From Spizellomyces punctatus DAOM BR117 (Eukaryota), in the NCBI GenBank assembly GCA_000182565.2, contig KQ257464.1: a stretch of DNA of 64,000 nt; one strand, written 5' to 3'. Numbering within the stretch: the stretch's first letter is position 1; every line of letters begins with the position of its first letter. Under the pieces are notes generated by a model. That model did not search any database. It had not been told where the DNA came from and saw only the letters and a program-made list of their open reading frames with translations. Shown piece by piece: positions 50,036 to 64,000 of this stretch. The position numbers were made by a program, and so were the translations under genes.

Positions 50036-50737
50036 TTTCGCTATTCAACGTGGTTGGATGAAACTGTTCAATATCAACTTGGTCCTAAGGAGTTCGTTCT
50101 TCCAACTTTAAGTCGAGGCGAGCGTAACTATACTCCAACAACAAACGCAAAGCCAAGCGTTCCTTTCCGACACAAGGACGTGATCAATCTCCCCCTGCAT
50201 TAGCAAATGAATTTCACAGCCACTTTGCATTCCATCCACACTGGAACTCACATTCAAACCACTGGATGACAAAATGCCCTTGAGGAAAGGCGAAGAAGCT
50301 TCTGCAACAAGACATTTCTTGCGAATTCGATAAGGTGAGTGATGCGAGAGACTCATTTTCAGCAAATACCATGACGTGACATTGGACGGCAATTTTGGGG
50401 GTGTGAACCTTGAGGGTAATTGTGTAGCATGGCGGGTGCGAAGCGACTACCGGCTGTACTCAAGTGACCAGCTCTTGGCTGCTTCTCGTGCAGCCTATCC
50501 GTTACCGTAGGCTGGGAGCTGTCCCGTCCGTTTGCTCTTTCATTATGACTAGCTTAACGCTGGAAGCGATTATTTGGTATATTGAGATCCAACAACCTCT
50601 GACGCAGCCCTACATTCCTCTAGCTTCGGCACATACCCCGCTTCAAAGAAAGGGGGGGCTACCTAGGGATTCGGTTTCCCTTGCTTGCTCAATTTGGAGT
50701 TCCCCCTACTCCCGCTTTACCCTAGTAATCACTGAAT

Positions 50738-51394
50738 ATGGTCAAATTCTTCTCACTCACTGGGACCTACCAGCACAGCTGGCCAACCGTGACCCAGGCA
50801 GTTTGGCAAAAATACCCTAACCCGTTCGCTTCCCATGTCTTGTCTTCCGATGTGATTGATCGCACAGTGGACCCCGTAACAGGTAAGGTATTGTCTCGTC
50901 ATCTTTACCAAGTATCACAACGACTTGAGCTGTGTTTCGTGGTCTTTCTAGGGGTCATGACTACCACAAGGCTTTTTCTGAAATCTGGTCATATGCCCAA
51001 GTGGGGACGTTCGGTAGGCTATCTGCGCCTATTCACAGATAAAACATTACAGCTGACGAAGATTTGTGCACAGCTTTTGAATGTGCGAGATGCCTTCATC
51101 ATGGAACAGTCAATCGTCGACCCGCGTTCCCGTCGCATGATCACCGTAACAAGGAATCTGTCGCACACCAAGCTGATGCTAGTGGAGGAAACTCAAACAT
51201 ACAGCCAACACCCAGAGCATGCAAACTGGACCGAAGTGCACACGGATGTCCGCATCATCTCCAACACGGGCTGGGCACCTATCAAATCGAGAATTGAAGG
51301 ATTTGGGGTAACAAAATTCAAAGATAACGCGATCAGAAGCTCCAAGGGCCTGCTTCATGTACTCGAACGGCTCACGCAGGGGGCCCGCTCATAG
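50738..51394 (+). CDS. UPS1: PRELI/Ups1-type mitochondrial intermembrane lipid-transfer protein (introns 50883-50951, 51014-51073)
   Basis: MVKFF, QKYPNPFASHVLSSDVIDR, KSGHMPKW, EQSIVDP, TRNLSH, RIEGFG, SSKGLLHVL. Confidence 0.88.
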   Translation: MVKFFSLTGTYQHSWPTVTQAVWQKYPNPFASHVLSSDVIDRTVDPVTGKVLSRHLYQVSQRLELCFVVFLGVMTTTRLFLKSGHMPKWGRSVGYLRLFTDKTLQLTKICAQLLNVRDAFIMEQSIVDPRSRRMITVTRNLSHTKLMLVEETQTYSQHPEHANWTEVHTDVRIISNTGWAPIKSRIEGFGVTKFKDNAIRSSKGLLHVLERLTQGARS

Positions 51395-51558
51395 CCAACT
51401 TTGTACATTATGAAGAAGGATGGCGGTGAACTCCAAACTCCTTTCAATGTTTTTCTTCTGTACCTGAAATATCATTCTTCATCTTGTATATTTGTCTTTG
51501 CGTTTCTTATCTCTCCTTTGGCAAGAGCCGTTGGCCGTGGCCGTAAGTACATCGATTT

Positions 51559-53480
51559 TCAAGCAAATCGCTCTTCACACAAATTAGACCCATATTCCAT
51601 AAAGTCAGCACGAGTGACACACTTCTGATTGAAATCATTAGGGTATTGTTGTATCCATTTGACTCCACCTTCCCAGGCAGCGGTGATGGGTCTGGCCGAA
51701 TCATCGATTAGCGGCCCGCTGCAAATCCTAAGGATGAAGTGCCCATCATGTACCTTTCAGCTTGAATTACCCGGACATCCGCTTCCACCGGGACCAGCTT
51801 CCGCAAATCCGATTCCCTGCGGAAGGCCAGCATAATGAGGACACCATCAACAAGAATGATATTCCCGTGGGAGAGCACCTACAGTCGATTCTTGAGGCCT
51901 GGAAGGCATATGTTTCCACCGGCGAGAAATACATTGTTAAAGAATAACCCATGCAAATCTGCAAGTATGTTAAACATCATCGTCGAAACCTGAATCTCTG
52001 GAAATGCCGCCTACTTGGATCCGTATTCTGAACTGCTTCAACTATAGCCTCAGCCAGGCCCGCCTGTTGTATCCCTAAGAGTATTGCTTTAGAATCTCTG
52101 GGTACAGATTTATTCGTCTTCGAACACCTACCAATATCGGAAGGGTTGAAGAGAACTTCAGGAACTGTAAACCGTTCATTGTTCATAACCAGTACCTGCT
52201 GGTCAGGGCGTACAGGAGGCCCGTCTTTAGGCTGTGTACCAGGGTGAAAATTGATGGGAAGTCACTCATATTGGCCATCCTAACTAACATCAAAACCACT
52301 CACATACCCGCACATAGCCATGAGCATTCGCTGCCAAGTCTGGCAGAACGTATTCTAGCTTTACTGAACTGTCCGCACTCCTGTTTCACGCATTAAACGA
52401 TGCAGCACGGTCTAAATCGTCACTATGAACTTACTTGCATACTTTCAGTTCGTATTCGAATTGTTGCGACACATAACAACACAGTTCCTTGATACCGTTA
52501 ACCAGGTACGTCTCATCCATCATATTCCACTGACTGCACCCGCTCAGTATCGAGACATCCGAATTGAGCCGGCAGTGAAGCTACATACCGGAAGGATATC
52601 GTCTCCTTTAATTGATTTGTCAAGAGTTTCCCGCCTACATCAATTCTAGCATTCCGGCGAAGTTTAGTGAGTGCACGTCGTGCTCCTTTGTTGCACACGG
52701 TATACTACCGACCGTTTCACTGCCTCCCAAATGGGACGACCAGCATATATTGGCACAATATGGGTGAATGAGTAGCCAGAATCCACAACCAGCATGCATT
52801 CCGCAACTTCATTTGTAGTCAAGGTGTATTTGCAAAGGTTCGCCGCTGGTAGGGTAGTGTCAATTGACTGGGTGCTCTCGATGTAACGCTGCAAACACGA
52901 CGCATTACCAGCGGTTCTATGATAGGCTGCAAACCCGAATTCCTCAAAGATGATCTCATCATAGTTCCGCTGAATAATTGGCAGATTGAAGCACGGTTCT
53001 GTTAACAGCAAATTGGTCTCGCTGGCGTTGACCTGGAAAACGGGTTGGCCCTCTGTCCGTTGGTGGTGGGTTGTTTTAAAAGGGCATTACTCACATCCAA
53101 TACATCACTTGAAAAGAGGCGCTCCCAAATGGTTTTTTGAATCTCCCAGTTCGTCAAGTATCCCTTGGGACAAGAGTTGATATGGTAACGTTTTGCCGGG
53201 AAGGCCATTCACGTATACTCACCTTTTCAAAAGGTACGCGAATAAAAAGTCCAGAATAGTCGCGACAGTCCCCCAGCTGGTCGCCGATGAACGTTCGTCT
53301 GTCGCCTTTCGCCTTGGCGACACAATTGCGGGAAAGTCTTGTTTTTAAAACTCGTTAGATCTTTGCTCTTTGTGCCTAGTGCAAAATCCGGCAATCTAAC
53401 CGCAACGTTTCCGGCCGTTCGGCAAATCCACACTTTATCGTGTAAGCGCCATTGTCGACAACAAGCGTCGCTGTGGACAT
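51559..53480 (-). CDS. ARP6: Actin-related protein 6 (SWR1 complex)
   Basis: TLVVDNGAYTIKCG, PFEK|GYLTNWEIQKTIW, LLTEPCFNLP, VVDSGYSFTHIVP, RIDVGGKLLTNQLKETISFR, NERFTVPEVLFNPSDIG. Confidence 0.94.
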
Positions 53481-53914
53481 CCAGATCCCCTTCCCAATGT
53501 AGATCTCGTCCTGCCTCGCATGTCAAGAGCAGTTGTCATTGCGCGTGGCATGACGCTTAGCCCTCCGAGTGATACAAAAGCAGGCTTTCGAACCCCCGCT
53601 CTCCCTGTGGCTACAGTACGGTATGAAAACCCGAAATCACCCAGGCTTTGCAATCAGAGAACAGTATCCTGTTGGTAAGCGTTTGAAAACATCAGTTAAT
53701 TCAGTTGCGGCGAGTGTACGGCAGGTAAAGTCTTTGTTGTTCTTGGCATTTGTTTTGCGTGACAACGCACAACGTTCATGTGTCTGAGATGCGTTAACTA
53801 TGCCCGCTTTAGAGTCCGTCAACGCCAAGACGCATGTTCGCTGCTGTTGTCATACCGTCCAACCTGCAAACGCGAGAAAAAGCCAAACTATATTCGCTCG
53901 GCAGATTAAGAACG

Positions 53915-56050
53915 ATGGCAAAATCACCGGCAGTATCACTAGATCATGAAAAGAATGTTTGTCAAAATGGTAGGAACACTGCCTCAGCATTCAGGGGCCA
54001 GAATATCTGTCCTTAATAACTCCAAGGACTCGTACTCCAGGGCAGGATCTGGAAGGCCAAGTCGTGGACAGTCAGCCTTGCGCACAAACGCCGCGCAGAA
54101 CTCCTCCAAGTATGATACAACGTCATCGGCGAAAATTCATCGTGGTGGACGACGATGAGGATGAGGAACAAACCCATACTCGTGCTATCCCTGCCCCTTA
54201 CGAGTATGCCAAAGTTCTTGGAACGATGGAACACACAAAACGCTTCAATTTGGATGATCGTTCCAGATTACCGTTTTGCTTTCCGGACGATGAAGATGAA
54301 GATATGGATATGCTTTCAGATCTTCCTTCGAGTAGTGTCATTGATCTTGAAGATCCTGGCATAGTCAATGATCTCAAGAATGACAAGAATGCTTCTTCTA
54401 CCGTAAGATCGGGACACCACGCATCTTACAAATCTGATGCCACAATATCGTCGATGCGCAATGTCGTTGCCCACTTGCCGCATGCTCGCATGATGGCCAC
54501 GACCACTCCAGCTGCGCCCGCGGTGCGCAAGCGTAGACGGACACCAAACAGTGATGGTGAGAGTTCCGAAGGAATGAGAGGTGCTGACATAGACCAGGAC
54601 GATTTGTATCTGAGCGACGACGGTAAGTACGTTGATTGGCAATTGGGGTCGTCAAGTGACCTAACCGAAGCATATGCTACAGCTCTGTCGAGACCGCGCC
54701 CGGTGAACCATTTTAAGGAGGCCCTTAAAAACTATAAGTGTGTGTACCGTGTGCCGTTAGATTGTTAAACACTTTATATTAGAGGATCCCATCTCGCTGA
54801 TGCTTTGCTTCTAGCGCGAAAAAAGTTACGACTCGCAGAAGAACTTAACCCCGAAGAGTCTTTTACAGAAGGGGGGATCTGTCAGAGTTCGGAAGGAAGT
54901 GACGAAGATAAAAGCTATCATGATAATAGTGATAGTGATATCGGCAAGCACCCCGATAAAATTTCCAGCGATTACTCGGATGACGACCTTCAGGGGTTCA
55001 TCGTTGATGAAGGAGTAAGCGACGCAGAGGCGCTTGCCACTTTGCCCTGTACGTCTACAGAATGCTATCGTGCACCAATGACTCCACCCTGATGCCCTTC
55101 CCAAAACGGTTCCTAAACAGCTAATTTTCGCCTGGTCGCATCAACCTTATTCGATTCATTTCGAATATTTGTAGAAATGTTGTTAGAGATGGTGGTGGAC
55201 CCCAGCTTTGGAGTTAGGGTATACCAAACAAAGGGTATGGTCTTTTTCTGGGCAATGGGTCGACAAGTTTGCTTTACGATGTGATCATTTCTGTCTCAGA
55301 TGACCAATACCTCCCACATGTGCGTGCCCTCGAGAATCGTCTATCGGGTTATCGTATCTCCCTCGTTTCCTCGGAAGTTTGGCAGCCTGACTTCAGGCGA
55401 TCGCTCGACACTTGTCCACGATTTCGCTGCTGGAGCGTTACAAGAATTGGCGATTGCGACGCATGCGCGCGATCAAATCGTCCTGCAAGTAAAAGGATCT
55501 TATTAAGTGGGTGGCCGTACAACCCGGATACTTTGCAGGTATCGTGAGTGAAAGAGAGTGTATCCCTTTAGCTTCACATGGCCCAATCGCACCTCTCTAC
55601 AGCCACTGCAGAACTGCTTGGATGACTCTCCAAACAACGACAATTCCGAATTTGATGAGCCCGACCTTTCCGCTGCGAGAACGAGGAGAAAGCGAAAGAG
55701 TCCAGCGTACACCTACAATGTCGGAAGGTATTGTTTCGCCCGGTCTAGACTATATCATAAGTTGCGACATTTCAAGTACGCTATGCAAGAAAAGGTGAAA
55801 GAATGGACCACGAAGCAGTCGGAGTGGTACGCAGATTCAAGATTATCGTTCCGCGCCCTGGAAGAAGACGGGTTGGTGGAGAAGGTAGGTACTATTATAA
55901 CGTTATCATCACACCTAATGTTTAGCGACCTGCAAAAGCTCATGGCACTTCCATTTTTTCATAACATCAAAGTTATGGGCGGATTTTGAAAATTTGACGG
56001 AACACGCTGAAGAATACGCGGCAGGCGAGACCCGGTCAAGATGGAGATAG
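53915..56050 (+). CDS. DUF4211 / CCDC82-like protein
   Basis: Acidic disordered N-terminus with DLQGFIVD; LVSSEVWQPDFRRSL, CDAC, LSGWPYNPDTL, VGRYCFARSRLYHKLRHFKY. Confidence 0.8.
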
Positions 56051-56219
56051 TGATATTTACATGTAGCATAGTCAGTTGACGCAGGCAGATTGCATCTGAT
56101 TAAAATGAAGTTCAAGGGAGGCCATGCGGTGGTGCTTGCGGTGTCCAATTGCAAAATAAGATGTACAGCGCAGTTTTCTTTTAATCGTCATTTACATCGA
56201 GTATTTGTAACATCCAAGC

Positions 56220-58094
56220 TTAGGTTTTTACAGTATTCAACCGCTCCATCTCGGCACTCTTATCCTCGGTCCCGTCCCAAACCACTGTAGATGGAGGTCG
56301 CCCGTTACGAACTTTCCCGGCACCGGCCCGCAGCGCCAGACGCCGGGCGAAAAACATGCTTACACCAACCAAAAAAGCGCAAATAGCGAAAAGTGTCGAC
56401 GTGTTCACACTTTTGACATTCGAGAGTGCTACGACCACAATCAAATTTAATGGCACGCGGAAAACGTTCATAATTGTTGATCGCGTTTCTTCGGGTACTA
56501 GCTTTGACCGGAGAGTACCAAGAGATGGAAAATATAATCCGCAACACATCTCAAAGACATTGAAACTGACGAAAAGAGTAAACTCGTCCTGTGAACGACA
56601 CGGGTGTCAAACTTGAGCCAGTCCTGTACAACAACATAATACAGAGCAGCCAAACTGACCGACGCAATTACTGGTACGAAAAGGGACACAGCTGCGACAG
56701 CAAACGTCACCCATGCAACGTCCTCATGCCTCCATCCATGGCGCAAAAGGACCTTGAATATTACTGATCCAAGCATAATCGACACCATGAAGGCAGCAAA
56801 GACGATACCATACGGAACCTGCGCTCCGTAGCCTTGAAGCGCCAGGATTTTAGGACAGTGTCACAAGGTTTGGTACAGAATAACAGATCAAACCTGATGC
56901 CTTCGCTGTTAAAACTGGCTGCCAGAGGAACACAAAGGTGTACATTGCCGATTCGAAAAAGCATTGCATGACACCAACAGCGAGTATATCCACACCTGTG
57001 CGAGAACGCTCTGAGCAGATACCGATTTATGGCCATACAGAGCCTATAACGTACCATGCCAGATGGATTTGACAGCCTCGCTGATTGAAGATCTGTTCGC
57101 ACCCGGCTTATCACTGCCGTAATTTTCTTTCCATGTCGCCTGCACCACCAAGAAAGCTAGGCAGAGAAAGAAAATGGACCCCATGAAGGGTGCTACAACA
57201 CCCCACTTGTCACTTAAGAAATTGCCCAATACGCCGGAGAGGATGGCCACCAGTCCGTTTAAGAAAGTTGACCAAGAAAATGTGTCAGACAGAAGAGCTT
57301 CCCTAAACCCTACGAGAGAAAGATCTCTGATCTTAGCTGCACGTCATGATTAAGGCTGGGTGGTGCGATACGGACCTCGCGAGTGGTGCTCACTAACCAT
57401 CCATGCCTCAAACACAGAAAAAAGCAACGAAGTTGCGATACCACCTAGCACCCGGCCCAGCAAAAGCGTCATAAAGTTCGAGGACAGCTTCGTGAGGCAC
57501 GATGCTGCATATATAACGCAAAACATCAGGCACACCAGCTTTCTCCCTCTGGTAGTTGGTTAGATCTTCTTCCGCCGCTCTTTGCAACAGAATTTAAGTG
57601 GTCTTACATTTTATCCGCAACTGAACCAATTACAGTGCCAAATACTGCAGATGAAAGAAACCCAACCACAAACAGGATGGCAATTTCACTGAGGTCATAA
57701 CCATAAGATATGTACAAAGGGTAGGTTGCAGGTCCCTGTAGCCAGTCCGCCACTAAGTTCCAATCATGGTTAGTTGGGAGGAGGACGATCTTTTGGTGGA
57801 TAGTCGTGCAAGCAACCATATCAGTCTCCGCAGATACGTACTCATGACAAAGCTGTAGACAAGTAGCCAATTTCGTTTGAATTTATCAAATAATGCAGCT
57901 TCTTTCGAGCTACTAATAGGTGAGGGAATATCCCCGAGTCCGTCGTCCAGCTCCGTAGTGCGGGACTCTGCATTCCTATCGCCCTGGTCGTCTCCCTCGT
58001 TTGCGTCCCGGAAATAATAGCTTGCGACCGCACAACCTGCGACGAGCAACCCAAAACCAGTCCTGTACAGCGGATTCTCCACGGCTGTCGTCAT
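56220..58094 (-). CDS. MFSD5/MOT2-type molybdate-anion transporter (MFS)
   Basis: ADWLQGP..YPLY.SYG, IAILFVVGFLSS, GRVLGGIATSLLFSVFEAWMVSEH, WKENYG, RSTIMNVFRVPLN. Confidence 0.92.
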
Positions 58095-58323
58095 GTTTCT
58101 GCTGCAACGGCACTGAATGGACGCGTCAGTCAAAACGACAGGAAGAGCAACGGCAGGCCTCAACGCGGAGGAGGTCCCAAACGTAAACTGGCCACAGGGG
58201 TAATACACAATTATAACGATTGTATAACTAATGTATCATCATTTAGAACCTCGCCGCTCCACGCCACGGCTATTACATAATCTTGAACTGTGTTTGCTCC
58301 GCTTGCTATCTACAGCCTATCAC

Positions 58324-61300
58324 CTACCTAGATGACTTCCAATTTTTATAAAAGAGGCTTCTCTTTTCCTTTGTTATTCCGCTTGTTGATGTTTTACTGT
58401 ACTCTATATAGGCCATCGAATCTCCACCAGAGAGGGATTGCAGCGTACCGCTGCGACGCACTACAACGGGTTCAAGTCGCGCCCGCAAAGAGCGGATATC
58501 ATCTGGTGGTAGAATATCGCTATCGTCCTCATCGACCTCAGTCGATACTAGTACTGTGTTGAGCAACTCCAATTGCTCGGCACGTGTAGCGTATACCAGG
58601 TCAGAAATGTTTTCCAATCCCTCCAGCTTGTTAATGACCTACAGAGACCAACAGTTCGATAAGGTTCTCTGTAGAAGCATATCGAAGCGTCGGGTGTATG
58701 GGCACCTTAAACTGATATCCCTGATCAATCAGAAAGCGTTGTCGCTTTGCGGAGTAGTACACCTCTTCGGTGTCCCTTGATACAAGCGAGTAAAAGTATG
58801 CATTTATTCCATCATCTGTTCGCTGTTTTGCTCGCAAAATACGACCTACATAATCCGCGGAAGGCAAATAAGATTACTACAAAGTTACCCACAAACTAAG
58901 AAACTCACCTAGTCGCTGTGCTTCCTGCCTGCGACTTCCGTAGTGGCTCGACACCTGAATCAGGCAAGTTGCCTCTGGAAGGTCAATCGATGTATCACCA
59001 ACTTTGCTGAGGAAGATCGTGTTTATGGCCGGATTATGCTGAAACTGGTGTAAAACTCGCATTCGCTCAGCGGGACTGGTACCGCCGTATATATAGGGCT
59101 TGTTGAGCTTCGTCGCATAGTGCTGTGTACATTACAGGAGGGTAAGATTCTACGCACCTCAATACAACTACACATGTCTTACTTTCAATGCAAATACATT
59201 GTCTGAAAAGACAATGATCTTATCGCCGCGGCTCTCGTGAAAGTCAATCAGATACTGGCACGCCTGGAGCTTTCGTGGATTCATAGCATATAGCAATTGT
59301 CTTCTCCTGTGATAATACTGTCATAAATGACCACCAGACAACGATGAACACACTTGCCAACACCATACCGTGATTTTTCTCGCAAGTACTCTCGATAGAA
59401 TTCAGGTGTCATGTTGCACCAAACTTCCGCGCACTGTGAAGCCAATGTGGTTAGCACTAAGCAGCATTCAAGTGCTTTTTAGAAAAAATATACCTGCACA
59501 TTGGCGATGTGCCCTTTTCGGGAAAGATCCAACCAGTTTGCTTCATACAATTTGGGACCAATCAGATAGTTCAGATTTCCAATCTTGTCGTCCTCACGTA
59601 CCAGCGTGGCAGTTAAACCAAGCTTGGCGTGTGCAGCCACAATTGTAAGGACCTTACGGAACATATCCGCTGGGACAACGTGGACTTCGTCCAGCAGGAG
59701 AAATCCCCATTCACGCGATCTAATGAAATCCATCATCTGTTGGGCATCATACGCTCGCTTTCCCGAGTAAGTCACCATGGTGTACGTGCTGATCAAAATG
59801 CCGGCGTCACCAACAAACTGGCTCAAACACTATGTAAGTTTACCATACATCCGGGTCTTCCCGTGGACCTACCTTTTCTTTCTCTTGAGACGTAAACTTG
59901 GCTATTTGTCCCTCTCTGACGGTTGACCAGCTGCGGAATTCCTTAGCCCATTGTTCAACGGATACGCTAAGGACCGTATAATTTAGTCACGGAAGTCCCG
60001 TACAGTATATGAAATTGCCACGATCCCTCACTGACCTTGATGTGCATAATACCAAACAGCTCTTCTTGATCGTACACGCCGCGGTGACACCGACCAACGT
60101 TTTACCCGCCCCACATGGAAGCACGATTATGCCACTCTTCGCACGACCATTGCCAAACATTTTGCTTAAACTTCTTTCCTGGTACGGTCTCAATTTCGTC
60201 GTGGCCTTGAGATCCACATCCAAATTTGGATTCACGATGTCTTGTCGAAAATCNNNNNNNNNNNNNNNNNNNNNNNNNNNNNNNNNNNNNNNNNNNNNNN
60301 NNNNNNNNNNNNNNNNNNNNNNNNNNNNNNNNNNNNNNNNNNNNNNNNNNNNNCACCCTAGCTCGATACCCTCAGTCATGGATGGGCTGATCGCTGACAT
60401 CCCACCCTTCGATCCATTGGAGCTCTGGCCGGTGGCGTCATCGCCGTTCGGCTTTGCAATATATTTGGTCATCTCGTCAGGATTGAGATCGTCATCAGGA
60501 TCGCATGAAAACAGCTCAAATAGATCGATACCCTCCAAGACTTCGTCTACGACATGGGATATCTCCACAGTAGATTTGGGGGACAGCGGTTTCTCATGAA
60601 TGAAGAACCCTTGGCCCGTACTTAGTGCCGGATCACTGGTGCGGGACGATTGCCGTGCATCGTCGCGATTGGGCTTGACTTGCTCATTACCTTTAGATCC
60701 TGCTATCGTAAAGCCCTTGGAGTCTGGGGCCTGCTCGGTTAAGAAACCGAAGATTCCACTGTCGGCACCCTGCAAAGCCAGTCTACATTCACGAATCTTC
60801 TCGTCTTTCAACAAGGTCTGCAAAATCATCTCATCTGCGCTTTCGATCCAGTAACGATTTTGCTTCAAAACCAGCTTCACTTTACCATACGACTGAGTAT
60901 TTTCCCTTATAAACTTCTCCACCGTTGGAGGGAGCTGAGTCTTACTGAGACGATCCAAGACTTGGATAATGCCATCAGTGTCCAGTCCCACAGATACCGC
61001 CGCGTACAGCGAATACTCTGATAGTCGATATTCATGGACATGAGAAGGTCTAGTAACAGGTTCCGAAATGGCCACGAGAAAATCTTGCGCCTGCTCCGCA
61101 ATCGGTGAGAAAGCCTCCAGAATGATTCGACCATCCTGACAGACCCAAAGCGGGCGTGATTCATGATCAGCCTTCAGAGGTGCAAAGGATAGATCCTCAG
61201 ATTCAAATAAGTCGCTGATTGCTTCCTCAAACTGCCCGAGATCAATCGTAGCAGAATAGAGCGCATCATCTTCTTCGGGGGCTTCGTCGTCTGGACTATA

Positions 61301-61729
61301 TACCCTCTCAGGAAGAAATGCAGGAGCTGGAGATTGCGTATCTTTGACCTCTCTGCGTCGACGTTTTGGTAGTCTAGTAGTCTGCATGTCAACTTGGCGC
61401 TTTATCCCCCTTCGCGAAGGTGCATCACTCTCTGTCGTACACGGTCCGGTGACATCTTCATTGTCGTAATTTCTTGAATGCAAAGCTTCTTCATGAGAAG
61501 TATACAATCCCTGCGCTATCGCCTTCGCCTGAGATCGCACATTTGACCCCGATTCAAAGTCACTGCCACCGTCCCCACATTCCGAGAGCAGTTCCGGTTG
61601 CGGCTGGCTTGCACTCCCTTGTTCAATGATCCCGTCGACATCCAGCCGGACAGCAGTAAGTCGAGCTCTGGCTTTCACTGCCGCATGACGCATTGAGGTT
61701 CGGCGTCCAATGCTTGAACTCCTCTCCAT
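58324..61729 (-). CDS. SSL2: TFIIH helicase/translocase XPB (Ssl2/Rad25/ERCC3); interrupted by an assembly gap
   Basis: [99 protein letters not shown]. Confidence 0.96.
60254..60353. other. Assembly gap (100 N)
   Basis: Run of exactly 100 N, typical of a gap of unknown size. Confidence 0.99.
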
Positions 61730-62180
61730 TGGTGCGACTGTTCAAGGTAGCCATCAACTGTGGAGAAGCTCCAGCGAGAACGGGACAGTCACGAGTGATT
61801 AGTAAGCAACATCTCACTCGCCTCTCCGCAATTGCTTACCAAGATAGTTAAGTAGCTCCTGTGACCTTAGCATGAACTACCACAGTCTCAAGCCAGCCAA
61901 AAACCGGCGTCCGCTGTGCGTCGGTGCAGGCGAGTATTATTCGACATTATGATGATATGTTATCAGCTGCCGACGTACAGTTGCTAGCAAATATATATTT
62001 GCATCCTTTAACATTACATGAAGGGAAGCGAAGATTAACGACATATCTGTACATAAGCTAGAATGGGCGTGATGCTGCGAAATGCGTGCGATCTACTGTT
62101 GGCGTACATGCGCCATTATCTCCGTCAATTACCGTAGCAAAAGCAAGCCCAGAGCTCATCGTTGGCCACATGATCTAAAT

Positions 62181-63635
<1,455 letters not shown>

Positions 63636-64000
63636 TTAGAAAGCAGGCACATGGATCGTCCGATCTTGGGTGTGCGCGTCCGGTGAAACCGGACACAGTC
63701 ACGTGATTTCTCCCCACCCATTGCACTTTGGGCTTGCTACACTATTGATTTTTTTTCAACTTTTGAAAATTTCGGACTCCATTAGACCCACAGCGAATAC
63801 TCTTTACTCAAACATATCATGTGATAATCTACCGTCTGATGTATGCATGAACGCTAGTGTCAAACTCTCTCCACGCTGGAACGACGGTTTCGTTTCCTAT
63901 TATAGGCTGTACACAAGGAGAGAGAGGTGTTGTGCCCGGCTAGTAGCATTTTTTTGCTATGTAGGACTGGCAGTCTCAGAACGAGCTGATACACGACAAA

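Noticed and set aside
59987-61729. 580-aa continuous ORF through the N run
   Set aside because: Frame continuity across a placeholder gap is artefactual; the true gap length and any intron within it are unknown
6897-61729. Two TFIIH subunits (TFB1, SSL2) in one window as a cluster
   Set aside because: About 49 kb and more than 20 unrelated genes apart; compatible with chance

Overview
Gene-dense, intron-rich eukaryotic DNA (short GT-AG introns, mostly about 50-100 nt) from a flagellated fungus, most likely a chytrid. This is inferred from fungal-type housekeeping genes (She9, Tfb1, Dib1, Spo12, Odc, Ups1, Rdh54/RAD54B, Ssl2, Cdc2) sitting beside axonemal and transition-zone genes (DNAH2-type dynein, CYB5D1, TMEM216-like, IQCB1-like, WDR27-like). 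About 28 protein-coding genes were reconstructed by hand by splicing across ORF fragments; several are invisible or fragmented in the ORF track. No rRNA, tRNA, CRISPR array or intact mobile element was recognised. A 100-N assembly gap lies inside the XPB gene. Main leads: (1) DNAH2 and CYB5D1 are in tandem 166 bp apart, and their human orthologues are also neighbours at 17p13.1 as I recall, suggesting possible ancient microsynteny; (2) a spliced 93-aa metallothionein with three 6-Cys modules, next to gamma-glutamyltranspeptidase; (3) a TATA-driven spliced 64-aa orphan gene at the window start; (4) a palindromic motif shared by the SPO12 and CDK1 promoters; (5) two candidate structured ncRNAs. 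All family calls come from motif recognition without database searches, and exon boundaries are manual.
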